Part shown: positions 11,951 to 25,254 of the stretch, one piece after another | Numbering within the stretch: the first letter of the stretch is position 1 | How the letters are laid out: each line of letters begins with the position of its first letter | NCBI GenBank assembly: GCA_963693365.1 | Contig: CAVNZM010000016.1 | Span: 2,817,957-2,881,956, forward strand | DNA length: 64,000 nt | DNA from: Amoebidium appalachense | Taxonomy: Eukaryota; Protista; Ichthyosporea | Direction: 5' to 3' | Program-made: the position numbers and the translations under genes | Notes under the pieces: model-generated | Seen by the model: the letters and a program-made list of their open reading frames with translations, nothing else | Database searches by the model: none | Told to the model about the DNA's origin: nothing

Positions 11951-13609
11951 ATGAAAACACAAACAACACCCCACCTATTTCCTATATCAGCGTCAATTAC
12001 ACTTAAACCACCACCAGGAACGGAGATTCTGAAGGTACCGGCCATGACCACGTGTGTTCAGGCCCAACCTCTGCCTCCCACCAACCGTGCCAACGGCCTT
12101 AACATGTGCACCACACACGCCTCACATTCCACGGACCAGCACTTGCCTACTTTGGCAGGTACCCGCCGCCTCCCCACGAGATTCACGCAAGTACGCCAGC
12201 CCCAACCAACAAGTGCAGGCAATGTGTCACTAGCACCATCAAACGGGCAAACCCAAACAGCAGTGGCATCAGGACAAGAGTCATGCCGCAGGCTAGACCA
12301 TCACACAGCCCTACGTCCAACCAAATCTCTTGATCGCCCCGCCAGCCCCCATTCATTTATTTCCACCACGAAACCCTCGGGCGTCAGCTCAAATCTCGCG
12401 GGAAGAACGACAGTGAGTAGCAATGCACACGCCCACGAAGATATTTTTCAGTTGGATATATCCGAGGAACAGTGGGAGGAGCGTGATATCCTATCACCGT
12501 CTTTAATAACGGTTCCCCGCTGGAGCTCGCATGATGGCAGTCTTGGCGTGGTCACCACAAATTCCTTCGACATTCCAAACATTCCGATAGTTAACAGTCC
12601 CAGTGGCAACCTGCAGCCACCGTGCCCTCACGACCTGGCCAGTCGCCGCACGAGCATTTCCAGGGGTCGATTTACTCTGACGCCAATCATCCGCACAACA
12701 GGCACGGAGGATTCCCCGAGAGCAACACCCACATCCCCTGCTGATGGCGGTATTAATGCCTCAAACAGTTTGGTGGCAAGCTCGCCGCGATCTCGCACTG
12801 CCCATACAGGCTGGATAACCGCTGCTTTAGACACAGAAAATTCGCAGTCTATGTCGGCCGCAAGTCGTAGCCAAGCACCCCAGTCCAACACACAACAGGC
12901 ATGTGTTAAGGCCCGCGTACCCACGTCTCTGCCATCGGTCAATCCAAAAGTCGGATTGCCGGCCGTGGCCTCGTTTCCGTTGGATTCCGCAAGCACACTG
13001 CTACCACGTGTTCCGTCCTCGCCCCCCAACACATCATGTTCTTTGACCAATGGGCACCCGCGCCTCGCACACTCAAACCCGGTCCCAGGTGCCGCCGCCA
13101 CACACAGCACCGCACCCAACCCCACCATATCAATCCACCTATCCCCCCCTGCTACATGCACCAACGATACATTGGTGAGCAGCCGATTTCGGACGTTTTC
13201 AGATAGCGGGGTGGTGATTGGCGACTCATACAACCATGCAAATACCCCGTGCAGCCCGAGGTTTTTGTCCCTGCAGACAACACTGGATATGCTGGCGGCA
13301 GAACAGAGGGTGCTTGAGGAGAGATCGCAGGCAAGGACTAATAGGATTGCGGTTTTCGCAGCAGAGTTGTCGCGGTCGGTGGATGCCGCATACCTAAACT
13401 GCAGCGTCCGAATGCGTTTGGGAGATCAGGTTCAACAGACAGGCCGGGTGTTGGCTGCACTTATTGGGGATGGGGTTTTACAGCGAAATTTGAATGAAGA
13501 TAAGGAGTATGAATGTCCTGAAATTTTAGATGTGGTGTGTAAGGTATACACCGAGGCCGAGCGATTGCGCGCAGACAATGCACAGTTGAGGCAGCAGTTG
13601 CAAGTTTAA
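11951..13609 (+). CDS. Intronless hypothetical protein, 552 aa, Ser/Thr/Pro-rich with C-terminal coiled coil
   Basis: Long, microsatellite-free ORF from ATG to TAA; low-complexity disordered body with an RGRFTL motif; helical C-terminus (LQTTLDMLAAEQRVLEERS...EAERLRADNAQLRQQLQV). No family recognised. Confidence 0.75.
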   Translation: MKTQTTPHLFPISASITLKPPPGTEILKVPAMTTCVQAQPLPPTNRANGLNMCTTHASHSTDQHLPTLAGTRRLPTRFTQVRQPQPTSAGNVSLAPSNGQTQTAVASGQESCRRLDHHTALRPTKSLDRPASPHSFISTTKPSGVSSNLAGRTTVSSNAHAHEDIFQLDISEEQWEERDILSPSLITVPRWSSHDGSLGVVTTNSFDIPNIPIVNSPSGNLQPPCPHDLASRRTSISRGRFTLTPIIRTTGTEDSPRATPTSPADGGINASNSLVASSPRSRTAHTGWITAALDTENSQSMSAASRSQAPQSNTQQACVKARVPTSLPSVNPKVGLPAVASFPLDSASTLLPRVPSSPPNTSCSLTNGHPRLAHSNPVPGAAATHSTAPNPTISIHLSPPATCTNDTLVSSRFRTFSDSGVVIGDSYNHANTPCSPRFLSLQTTLDMLAAEQRVLEERSQARTNRIAVFAAELSRSVDAAYLNCSVRMRLGDQVQQTGRVLAALIGDGVLQRNLNEDKEYECPEILDVVCKVYTEAERLRADNAQLRQQLQV

Positions 13610-13933
13610 TGTACCCAATCTAATAGAATTAATTAGATGTAGCTAATCTAATTGATTGATCAGGTTAGTTTAATTATTAGTATGGTTTTTATCGGCTTGT
13701 TGGCGTTCAGAGCCGTCAGCCTTTTCTTAGCCTAGTTGCACATAACACATTCATGATATTTAATCGTATTCTTGTTGCACATAATGATATTCAATCCTGA
13801 ATCGTCGATTTAGTGCACACAGAATTTAATGCTACGTTGTGTAAACGTAATTTTTTTAACGGTAAATTTAGCCTATATTCTTGGGTCCACTATGACCAAA
13901 CCCACGAACCAACTCGTTCTGATGCCTTCATAT

Positions 13934-13966
<33 letters not shown>

Positions 13967-14895
13967 TGCGTACACACACATCTCAACCACACGCACGCGC
14001 CCCGCCCCACACACCACACACACATCGTTGCTCCTCCTCCACCTTTCGTATCACCCAATCAATTCCCAAGGCCCACAAATTTTATCAATTTTGCAGTGCT
14101 GAATTTTATGACTGGATGCCTGAGTCCACCACAACTAACATTTGTCTGCACATGCCATTCTAGCACACTGCAGCATAGTTGACACAACACGTGCACTTTG
14201 CCAAGTATTACACCAATCTCATGTAACATAATTCTGCAGGAAGCATCACATGAAGCCAACTGCTACAACGACAGCATACTGTGTTGAAGCCCGATACGTA
14301 TTGCGGGTGTGTGTTCCGGTACTACGGTGTGTGTATGGTGTGTGTGTGTGTGCGCGCGCATGGGTGTTGGGGGGGGGGGGGGGGGGGGGGTACATGTGTT
14401 CATCACAAAAGCAGGGGGTACATGTGTTCACAAAAGCAAAATGTAATGAGAGCGGGAACCGTGATGAAATCACTCATGTTGAAGTTTCAAAGTCGATGGT
14501 GGTGGGGTGTACAAGCTTCAATGTGACAACACGTAACACTGTGTGTGCTTACAGATGCAGAAGATAATTAAGCTGCAATGTGATGTTAACGTTCAATCCG
14601 TCTATAATTCTTTTTCTTTCTTTCTTTCTTTCTTCTTCTTCTTCTTCACCCCCCCCCCCCCCCCCCCCTCTTATCCCCTTTTTTGATTAATTTTACTGAA
14701 TTTTCTTTTTCTTTTTTATTTTTTTTCACGTTTTGGTGGTGGTGGTGTGGGGGGGGGGGGGGATGTAACATATGCGTTAGAGGGTTGGAAATATGGAGAA
14801 GACAGCAAAGAGCAACAACAAAACGTCACAAACGTGGGAAATCCAAAATCAAACAATTAAGCGTGCAGGCAGAAGACACTTGAACAGAGCCTATC

Positions 14896-14940
<45 letters not shown>

Positions 14941-15055
14941 AGGAGGAGGAGAGGGGGGGAAGGGGGGGAAGGGGGGGGGGGGGGGGGGGAGGGAGGGAAT
15001 ACCCCGAAAAACGGGGTCCAGGTGGGGGATCCGGATCATCTGACGCTATGGACAA

Positions 15056-15094
<39 letters not shown>

Positions 15095-15600
15095 GGGACG
15101 GGGGGAGGGGGGAGGGGGGGAGGGCCCAAGGGGGAAGGGAGGGGGATTGCATTATGTGAGTCGCTTAGTGTTTCTGAAAGCTAAAGAAGTGAATAGTCGG
15201 TGTGTAGAATTGTAACAGCAGAAACACGTTACCTCCTACTCGCCCGGGATACATTTTGCCAGCATGTATGTGTTGTGCATGGAAGCAATTGAAGGCGGCG
15301 TGTGTGTACGTGTGTGTGCATGTATGACCCACTGAGTGCATGCTTCGTTTTGTTAGCATGCACACGTCTGAGTGTGAGTGTGAGTCTGTGTGTGGACAGG
15401 TGTGAGTGTCATTGGGAGTGTGAGTGTGTGTTTGCCAACGGTATGCGTGTGCAGCTTTGTGTCCGTGGGATACTGTGTGTATGTGAGTGTGCGGAGTGAG
15501 TGTGTGTGTGTTTCTGTGTGTGCGTTTGTGTGTACACGTGTGTACGTGTGTGTGTTATGGGTGACTGGGTGGTGTGCGTGTGCGTGTGCGTGTTCGTGTG

Positions 15601-15642
<42 letters not shown>

Positions 15643-15757
15643 GTGTGTATGGGTGGGTGGATGTGTCGGTGTGGGTGGCACTTGGCGTTTGTTGATCGGT
15701 TGGTAATGTATGATTGTGTTGCATGTCTCAGCGTGTGTGTATAGGATGGGTGTGCGC

Positions 15758-15791
<34 letters not shown>

Positions 15792-15995
15792 TTGGGGGGA
15801 AAGGGGGGCCCGGAGGGGGAGGGGGGGGAGGAAACAGCAAGTCTGACTAAAATGGAGTCAATTATCCTGTACATAGCTAATTCAATATAGTAGGACGTTT
15901 ATTTATCGGTGTTTCTGGAATTCAGCCTGCCAGCGCCTACTAATCAGTACGGTGTACTATACTACCCATTCGGTCCCCGGCTAACACCTTCTATA

Positions 15996-16032
<37 letters not shown>

Positions 16033-16242
16033 CCCTCCCCCCCCCCCTCCTCCCCTCCCCCCCCCACCTCTTTATCTGGGAACCTGAGTATCTTCTATTA
16101 CTCCCGACCATGAACTAAGCAAAAGTGTTGCTTAGTTCGACAACTTGCACATATCGACATATTTCCGTCTTAAAGGTGATTCCAAACCCTTAACCTAAAG
16201 AAAGATATTACCACAACACACCCTAACATGTCCCTGTGGGGT

Positions 16243-16276
<34 letters not shown>

Positions 16277-16668
16277 CAAAAAAAAGAGCCCTTTCCGAAC
16301 CCTTCCCAGCTATGCTATGCTCCCATACACACCCGGTCGTCTTGCGACACATGTGAACATTTCACACCCGCACAAACCAGCACAATCTTGAGCCATTAAT
16401 TGCCCTTCTCTTTACCAGAAATAATACCACCTTACATCCGGGGGTCTCTCCCCTACTATCATCCACCAGAACCCCCGATCCTTAACACAAAAACGTCCAG
16501 TACACACACACAAACCCTACACCAGTGCAACTTTTTCCGTTTATGGCTTGCGGCCCCCCCCCCTCTCCAAAACCCTCCTCCCCCCACTCCCCTCCAACCC
16601 CCCCCCCCCCCCCCCCTCCTTCCCCCCTCCCCTCCTCCCTTCCCCACCACCCCCCTCCGCCTCCCCCT

Positions 16669-18304
16669 CTAGTCATCCTTCATCTCCAGGTGCCTATCCA
16701 TGGCCCACACACAGAACTCATCGAACTGCACCACCCCACCTCCGTTCGTGTCCAGTTTTTTGAACTCCCCCTCCACGTCCTCTATGGGTCCCACCCACCT
16801 CTCCAACAGAGGCTTTGCCTTTACAAACTCATCCATCTCTATCCTGTTGTCGTCGGTCGTGTCTGCACGTGCAAAGGCTTGGTAGTATTCGAAGTACTGC
16901 CGCAGATACAAAATCAACAGTCTGAACTCAGCCCGTTCAACATAATCCCCGCTGCCCGGTGCATCGCTCGGATGTGCATTTCTTGCCGCGTGGAAAGCCC
17001 TCGCCACTGCACGTTTACAGTCGAACAGTTGCGGAAGGAGAAGAACATCACGGATACCCTTTTCAACCTCCGCCAAGGACAGGAGTCCGTTTCCATTGAC
17101 GTCCATCTGCTTCCACATCCTCTCCCGTTTGGTTTTTGCGTCGTTCGTTTTCTCGTAGCAGAGTTTCTCGTTTATCTTCTTCCAATCCACCTTTCCTTTC
17201 ACCTCTCCCTTGGTGCCAGATGTGGGTGCGTGGGGGCGGGAGGGTGTAGTGCGTGCGGGTGTGTGCGTGGTGTTACGTGTGGGTGTGGCTGTTTTGGGGG
17301 GTGCGGGTAGGGGTAGTGTGTGTGGGGTTTGATTTGACGGTGGATGATGTTGTTGTCCCCCTGCTGTGCGCAACAGTCTTTTGGGTGACTGGTGTGGTGG
17401 TTGGGGTGGGCCTGCTTGTCCGTGTTTTGGCTGCCGACGATGGCCCATGTACACTACGTGAGTTGGAGTGTGTTTTAATGTTCACGTCTACGTCAACGTC
17501 ATCCTCAAGATCGAGGTGTTTCTGTATGGCCCACGCGCAAAACTCGTCAAAAAGCACCTGCCCACCGCCGTCCGAGTCTATTTTCCTGAACTCTGCCTCG
17601 GGGTCTGCAATGGGACCCACCCACTTCTCTAACATGGGCTTTGCCTGGATGAACTCGGCAAGAGAAACACGGTTGTCGTCACTTGTGTCCACACGTGCAA
17701 AGGCCTGGTAGTATTCAAAATACTGGCGCAGGTAGAGGAGAAACAGGCGGAACTCTGCCTTTTCAACATAGTCGCTACCGTGTGCACCCGCTGAGGGGGC
17801 TGCCACCTTTGCCGCGTGGAAGGCACGTGATATCGCCCTCTTGCAGTCGAAAATTTCGGTTAGGTGCAGAACGTCGCGAATGCCTTTCTCTGCCTCGGCG
17901 AGGGAAAGGTACCCGTTTCCGTTGGCGTCCATCTGCTTCCACATGTCCTCGCGTTTCTTCTTTGCTGCGTCTGTTTTCTCGAAGCATAGCTGCTCGTTTA
18001 TCTTGGCCCAGTCGATTGTGTGTGGGGCTGATTCGCCCTTTGTTCCTTTGTATTTACTCTCAATATCTTCTCGGCCTGTTTTGGGTTCAACTGATGGTTT
18101 ATGTTCTTGTGTCTCTTCCTGTTCTGTGGCAGTGTGATGTGCGTTGTCAATGGGTGGTTGTGTGGTAACATCGGTTGTAACATCTGGTCTTGGTGTAGGC
18201 TTGGTGGCTTCTTCGCTCGTGTCAGGGTGGGTGGTTGGCGGTGGGGTTGGGGCTGCAGGGGGGACAACCTCGCCCTCAGAGTTCTCATGTTCTAAGGTAT
18301 CCAT
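16669..18304 (-). CDS. Flagellar calcium-binding protein (calflagin/FCaBP-like) with two tandem EF-hand modules, ~544 aa; apparent 1-nt frameshift at 17296-17301
   Basis: Two overlapping ORFs (17273-18361 and 16669-17454) each encode DWxKINExLCxEKT...DxNGNGxLSLAE...VExAEFRLxxLYLRQYFEYYQAF...DxxGGGxVxFDEFCxWA, matching trypanosomatid calflagin architecture. Removing one base from the G6 run fuses them through a Thr/Pro linker. Likely ATG at 18304. Confidence 0.85.
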
Positions 18305-20126
18305 AGTGTAGGTGTGAGAAGGTAAAAAGTATCCGGTCAAAGGATACAGGCTTTGTGTCACCTTGTGCCAACGTACGCGTTGAACAAATTTTTTTCTTTT
18401 TTAACCATGGCAGCACTAGTCGTGAGCCAGGGAACTGTTCGTCGAGCCCCCGCACCAATCATATCGCTTAATTTCTGGAACGGAATAGGACGTCAGACTT
18501 TTCGTCGATGCACCGCACCAATTGAATTAGACTACCTATAATTCTAATCAATCTAAGCGGCGGCCTCTTTTGAACTAAAGCAAAAGAGCAATGGCGCTTG
18601 ATGATTAGTTTAGTTCTGATGTGCAGATCTGGCTTATCAATGTGTTAATTTTACATTTGTGATTGGTTGGAATGCTAATGATTGAGCCAATTGTTGCGCT
18701 CCAACTAACTGCGATCGCACTCCTCTGAGCTGAGATCTTGGACATCGCTAGTACCATAACACTTTGGATGGAGAAAAGCCAGCGGAAACATTGGGTGACA
18801 AAATTCTCTCCGCCCAGGCCTCTGCGGTCACAGCATGCTTTCTCAGAAGGCTGCAAACTAGATCGAACATGATGGATTGGATGAAAGTGGCTCCCCAATG
18901 AAAACCCTCCAATATAGAGTGAAGTACCGATAGTCTTACATCAGATACCCTTACTTGTGCCATGGTCAAGGCCTGGCTGGCCTCACGGCCATCTAGAAAC
19001 ACCCCGTGCCTGGCCTCTACCGGGAGCACAGCCATCTAGAAACACCGAGTCTGCCCAGCAATATTGTACAATATTGTGTTGTGATTGGTTGAATTTAAAT
19101 ACTCTAGCACGACCAATCAGAACACTTGTCCCTCTTTTTTGGCGCCGCAACGGGCACAAGGTGCTTTACCCACAAAGGTACATAGGCTAGGTAGGGTGTG
19201 ACGAGGTGGCGTGACGGTGTGTATGTGTATGCGCGCGTGTGTGTGTGTGTGTGTGTGTGCCTGCTACATAAGAGACCTTTGTCACGTAGGCCTACATGTA
19301 CACTTTTTAGCCAGCCTATCTGCGTGTGCCTGTTGCTGGCGGGTAGGCACGTAGTAGACCGTGGCACTAATAGTGATTTCGACTTGCGTGCACAGTCTGA
19401 CTCGACATCCTACGAACGGCTCGGGCCAGTAGGCACCGGTCGAGCGGCGCCCACGAACACGAGTGCACGGCGGGTTGAAATGCCGAGGCCTGCTATGGTT
19501 GTGCCTGAATAGGTTAGTGTGCTTGTGTGTGCGTGTGTGCAACCTCTTCTTTCGCTTTATGGGCGGCTCTCTTTGTTTCTACGAGGTTGTGCAGCTACAT
19601 TCAGCTACACAGACATACACAATATCACAGAAGCTTGCTAACTGAGACCCCTTGCCCTCCGTCACCCCTCCCCCCCTCCCACCACCACCACCACCACCAC
19701 CATCCCCGCCCTCCCCTGTGCTCGTCCCCCTTTCCATCTGCACTTTCATACTGTCTCTGCAATGCATGCTTGCCAATTCCTGTCTCATCCTATTCACCTG
19801 AACAAACGAAAAGCTGCAAATTCAATTCCAAGGAGTCTTAATTGAGGCACCAAGGGAAGGGTTGGTTGGGTCTTTATAATACTCCCCGATGCCCAAACTC
19901 CCTTAGGGATCTCCGGTTACTCCCGTTTCTTATTCTTTCCCTTTCACATGGACTACAAACACGTGCAATCCAGACAGGTGTACTGTTGTGCTGTAGACAC
20001 GCACACACACACACACACACACATACTTCCCTGCCCCGCCTGTGCACATAGACGTACCACATATACATATGCTCACCCCTACACCACACACAAATACACA
20101 CTCTCCTTCCACCCCCCTTCTCTTGG

Positions 20127-20209
<83 letters not shown>
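20127..20209. repeat. (CT)n microsatellite
   Basis: About 40 uninterrupted CT units. Confidence 0.9.
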
Positions 20210-20212
<3 letters not shown>

Positions 20213-21110
20213 CCCCCCCCCCCCCCCCCTCCCTCCCTCTCTAGTACTCTCTCTCTATCTCATTTTCTCTCTCTCTGTCTCTGTCCCTGTCTGTCTCTGT
20301 CTGTCTCTCTCTACCCCCCCCCCCCCCCCCGTTCTTCCGCTCTCCCTGTCTCTTGTGTGTCTCTCTATCCTCTCCCCCCTCCCCCCCCCCCCCCTCCCCT
20401 CCCCCCTCAACAACATCTCTCGTGCACTTTGCTGTCCATCTCCCCCTTTTTCTTCAGCGGCTGCTGTCCTTGCACCAGCCATAATCTCTACGTCTCTCAG
20501 CATCCCTTTTGAAACTCCTGGCATATGCGCCGTCTTCAACTGTCCACCCCTTGTACAATCTTTTTAGACTCTTGTGCAGTTGATATCTCCCTGCCCTTCT
20601 CCCTACCCCCTTCTAACACACACACACACACACATACACACACACACACACTCACTCACTCACTCACTCACTCACTCACTCTCACACACACTCACTCACT
20701 CACTCACTCACTCACTCACTCTCACACACACTCACTCACACACTCACTCACTCACTCACTCACTCACGCACTCACTCACACACTCAAACATGCACACTTG
20801 CGCATGCATACATGCCCACACGCTTCAGGCTCACACATACACGCACAGGCACACAAGCATTAGAAGCTATGCTCTTCCCAGACTGCACACATCCTAGACC
20901 TTAATAGTTCGTGCAAGCTTTGTTCTTTTAATGCTTTATCTGTCTTATGAGCCCTCCACACTCTTCCACATCGCACACACCCTTTCCCACCTCAACCCCC
21001 TCCTCCCCTCCCCTCCTCCCTTCCTCGCCCTTCCTCCCTTCCTTTTTTTCCTGTCTTTGTTATACAACCCCCGCACCCCCCCCCAACCCCACCCCCCTCC
21101 ACCCTTACTT

Positions 21111-21144
<34 letters not shown>

Positions 21145-21460
21145 ACACACACACACAAACGCACACACATGCACAGCACTCCACGTCTCAGCCACACATC
21201 CTATCCCTCTCTCGTGTTCCTTCCTATCGTACAAGCAGTAGCCACTACAACTGACTTCCTCCTTGGGTTCATATACTGCTTGGTGGTTTACTCCCCCCCC
21301 CCCCCCTCCCCCCCCCCCCCCCCCCCCCCCCCCCCGCCCTCACCTGTCCTTCTCTCCTTCCCCGAACCACCAGTTTATTTCTTCTCATTTATCATTCTAA
21401 CACATTGGGAATTTTATTCTACAGATCGGTCATGCGCAACATACACAGGGAGAGTGAAAA

Positions 21461-22691
21461 ATGGACGACTTGGGAGACCGCACTGTGAAACAAGAAAACG
21501 AATTCGAGGTATCTTTAAGCGACCCACTTTCACACAATGGGGATACTAATAACACAACAGTTAAAGAAGAGGTGGTCACACCATCGGCCAAAGATGTTGC
21601 AGGAGAGACGGCCATGGGGCAAGGACCATTGCAGAAGCCATCTGCAGTGCCTTTGAACCAACCGCCCAATCAGAACGGTGCCTTAAAACGTGAAAAATTG
21701 GGTTCAGCGGCCAAGAGAGTGTTAAAGAAGCAGCGCCTCAACCAAAGTCTTCAGTATCCGATACCCGCCTTAGGGGCCCTTCGTTATTGGGATGTCAAGC
21801 GAGTGTATCTCCAAAGGCTCGAAAACATGTTAGTGGGGGTCAATTTGAATCTGGTTCGATTGATTCTGCGCGATAGCGGCTATATTACCATGGTGTGGAG
21901 GGACCCGACAACATGGGAGGGAATAACGGAAGGCGCAAAGGTACCTGTACAATCGGTAGGAACTCCTCCCCCCCCCCCCCCCCCCCCCCCCCCCGTCTCA
22001 CCACCCCACCCTCTTCCCGATCACACCCCTCATGCCCACCTTATTTTCACTACAAAAAAAGGTGTGCATTGGCGCGCACATACACACACGAAACACACAC
22101 ACGTGCGCCTAAACAAACACACACACACACACATACACACACACATACACACACACACACACATACACACACATGTCCTTTGCCACACACTTGACTCTCG
22201 GACACACTTGACAGTATAATCTACTCCTCACCTCATGCTCACTAGGCATATGCAGAGCACAGACACACACAAATACAGGCACACACACAGCACGAAGGCA
22301 CACACAGGCGCACACACAGGCACAACTGCGCAGACAGGCACAAAGGCACATGGGTACACACAGGCACAAAGGGACACACATGCACAGACACATGCACAAC
22401 GACACACAGGCACAAAGACACACCCAGTCGTTCTTGACAAGTCTATCGCCCTTGCTTTCTCTCTTTCGGAGTGTGTACACACGCACCTGAACCTTGTTTC
22501 CATGCCCAAGCACATGCATGGAACTCATCTCTGCAGCTTCTTGCCTCCCCCCTCCCCCCCCCCCCCTTCGTACCGTGTTCCGCATTCAAGCCCCCTCCCC
22601 CTTTCTCCTTCCTCGCGCATCCAGCTGCCCCCTCCAGTCTTCGTTTGATCCTATTCGTTTCCTCTTATCCTGATGTTGCACGTCCTGTCTC

Positions 22692-22728
<37 letters not shown>

Positions 22729-23082
22729 ATCCCGCCCCCACCCTCTGCCAACTTTGGGTGTTTAGGCCTGAGGGTTGGGTTTGCTTTGCTGCATGATTTT
22801 CTTTTGGTTACCCCCCCTTCCCCCCCCGGCCCACCTAACACCCAGACATACAGCATCGCAGAGGCACACATGCACAGGCACCAGGGGTGCATGTGCACAC
22901 ACACACACACGGCACACACACACAAGCAGCACCCGTGCATTTCTGCGCACAATAACAGAGGCACAAGTACACACATTCACAATAGGTCCTCAAACACACA
23001 CATCCACGTACACACGCACCCGCACACAAAAACACACAGCGCGTGCACGGACTAGCACGCTGGCGCACACGCGCGCGTGCAT

Positions 23083-23156
<74 letters not shown>

Positions 23157-23188
23157 ATACACACACATGCACGCACACACCCTGCACG

Positions 23189-23256
<68 letters not shown>

Positions 23257-24663
23257 ACATTCCTCCCCCTCCACCCCTCCTCTTCCCCCCCCCCCCCCCC
23301 CCTCCCCCTCCCTCCCCCTCCACTGATCACACCCCGTCTCATCCTTCTCCACCTGCAGGACGGTACCCATCCCGCCGAAAACATGTACTCCCTCCTAAGC
23401 ACATATGTATCACATCTTGGCACATGGCCCACCCTAGCCCAGTGCATGGGCCCATCGGCAAACATACTGCGTTACGCCTCTATGCATGATCTGGCTTCCG
23501 ATCCCGCCAGCAAAGCCAACCAATCAGATTTGGCCGAGAAGGATGTGCACACAGTGCGATACCAGCCCGAGGGCATGCCGGAGGAGGCAAGTGATTGGCT
23601 AGAGGTCACCTGCGACAGCGTCAACCGCCAATGGCTATTTTTGGATGAGGATGGGCGGCCGGTTTTTGGTGTTGCGGTTGTGGCACGGCCAAGGGAAGCG
23701 GTCGTGGATTCGATCGGGGCTGTGCGTGATCCCATGTCCCTGAGAGCACAGCCCATGTGGGTGCATTGCACACATTCGGAAATCAACAGAGCAAAAGCGA
23801 TTAAGGACCTGATCAAAATCATGCCGATTATCACACCCAAGTATGATGGGGGTAGGTGCAAAGACCAACCGTTTATTTTGGACATTGGTTATGATTATAA
23901 CGATATCGGGGATGGTGAAAGCATCGACGAATCGCCTGTCGACTTGTGCGATATCAACTATCCATGTGCGAGGGTGATACAGGCGGGACTAGCAGAGGTG
24001 TATCGGTATGCATGCATGCACTTCCCACCCAACGTTACACAGCAAATGCGCGAATATGTCGCCGAGGGGGCAAAACTGGAAGGTTTGCGGTCGAAAAACG
24101 ACGATTCAGCTGGAGTTAACGGTAAAAATAACAGCAGGAGTGTGGGACTTACGGGTGTGGCCATGCAAAACCCAGAAGTGTGTTCTTCACCACTAGGGGC
24201 CATACAGGGTGCCGATTATGTGTTTGGGTACGCAATTTCACAGCACATCCAGCCCCCACAATCGGCCCCAGGGTCACGATCGGTCAGTGTTTTTAGGCTA
24301 CCCCACTGGGGTATCCACCTGTCTGTGCCCACATCGCTAAATTTCAACGTTGTATTTTTTCACCGATCGCACGAGATAGTGCGCTATTCCCGTAGTGGGC
24401 CTACTGATCTCTATTGTCTGCTGTTTGTGGGTGTGCCGGTGCATGGGAGGGTTGGTTGCTGGAGGGAGAGACGACTGGCGGGGGACGACCCGTCGAGTGA
24501 CGGCCTGCAGGTGAATCCCCCCCTCCCCTCCCCCCTTCCCCTCTCCCCCCTCCCCCCTCCCCCCCCGGCCCCACCTCCACCCACCTTTTTCCCCCCCTCT
24601 CCCCCCTCCCTACCCCCCACCCCGTCCTTCCCCCTCCCCCGTCCCCTCTCGGGTGCTCCTTCC

Positions 24664-24694
<31 letters not shown>

Positions 24695-24764
24695 AAAAAA
24701 AACTCCTCTCATGTCACCCCGTTCTCCGCCTTAGACACACATGCATGCACGCGTGTGTGTACTT

Positions 24765-24815
<51 letters not shown>

Positions 24816-25254
24816 TGCACAGAATCTATGGGCGCACAGGTGCACATGCACAAACACTGAAATACGCGTGCAGACATCCACGAGTTCCCACCATGCGTCC
24901 CCCCCCCCAAACACACACACACACACACACACGTATGCAGGCGCGCACACAAGCATAGACCCACAAAACACATGCAAATACGTATATACACCTTTTTACA
25001 AACACATTTGCGCTGAAGAACCTGTACAAATCCATTTCCATGACACACACACACACGCCAATCTTGCGTGCGCATATCATTTCACGTAAGCATTAACTAT
25101 AAATTAGCCAAATATGAAAAATATGAAACACAAGCGCAGACACGTACTGCCCTTCTATTAATGTGCCCACACGTATCACCCCTTCTTCATCTTTAACCCA
25201 TAGACTGATGCATTTTCATGCCCACAGGAAACAGGGAATATTGCTACATCTTAG
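21461..25254 (+). CDS. Hypothetical protein, ~557 aa, possible degenerate TET/JBP-like double-stranded beta-helix domain
   Basis: Exons 21461-21955, 23359-24510 and 25228-25254 join in phase 0 (TCG|GTAGGA, CTGCAG|GAC, CAG|GTGAAT, ACAG|GAA...TAG). The first donor could alternatively be at 21940. N-terminal basic NLS-like stretch KRVLKKQR. The family call is weak inference. Confidence 0.7.
22566..22589 (+). mobile_element. 24-bp terminal stub of the poly-C-associated retroelement family
   Basis: CTTCGTACCGTGTTCCGCATTCAA between C tracts, identical to the terminal segment of the copy at 37231-37348. Confidence 0.7.
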
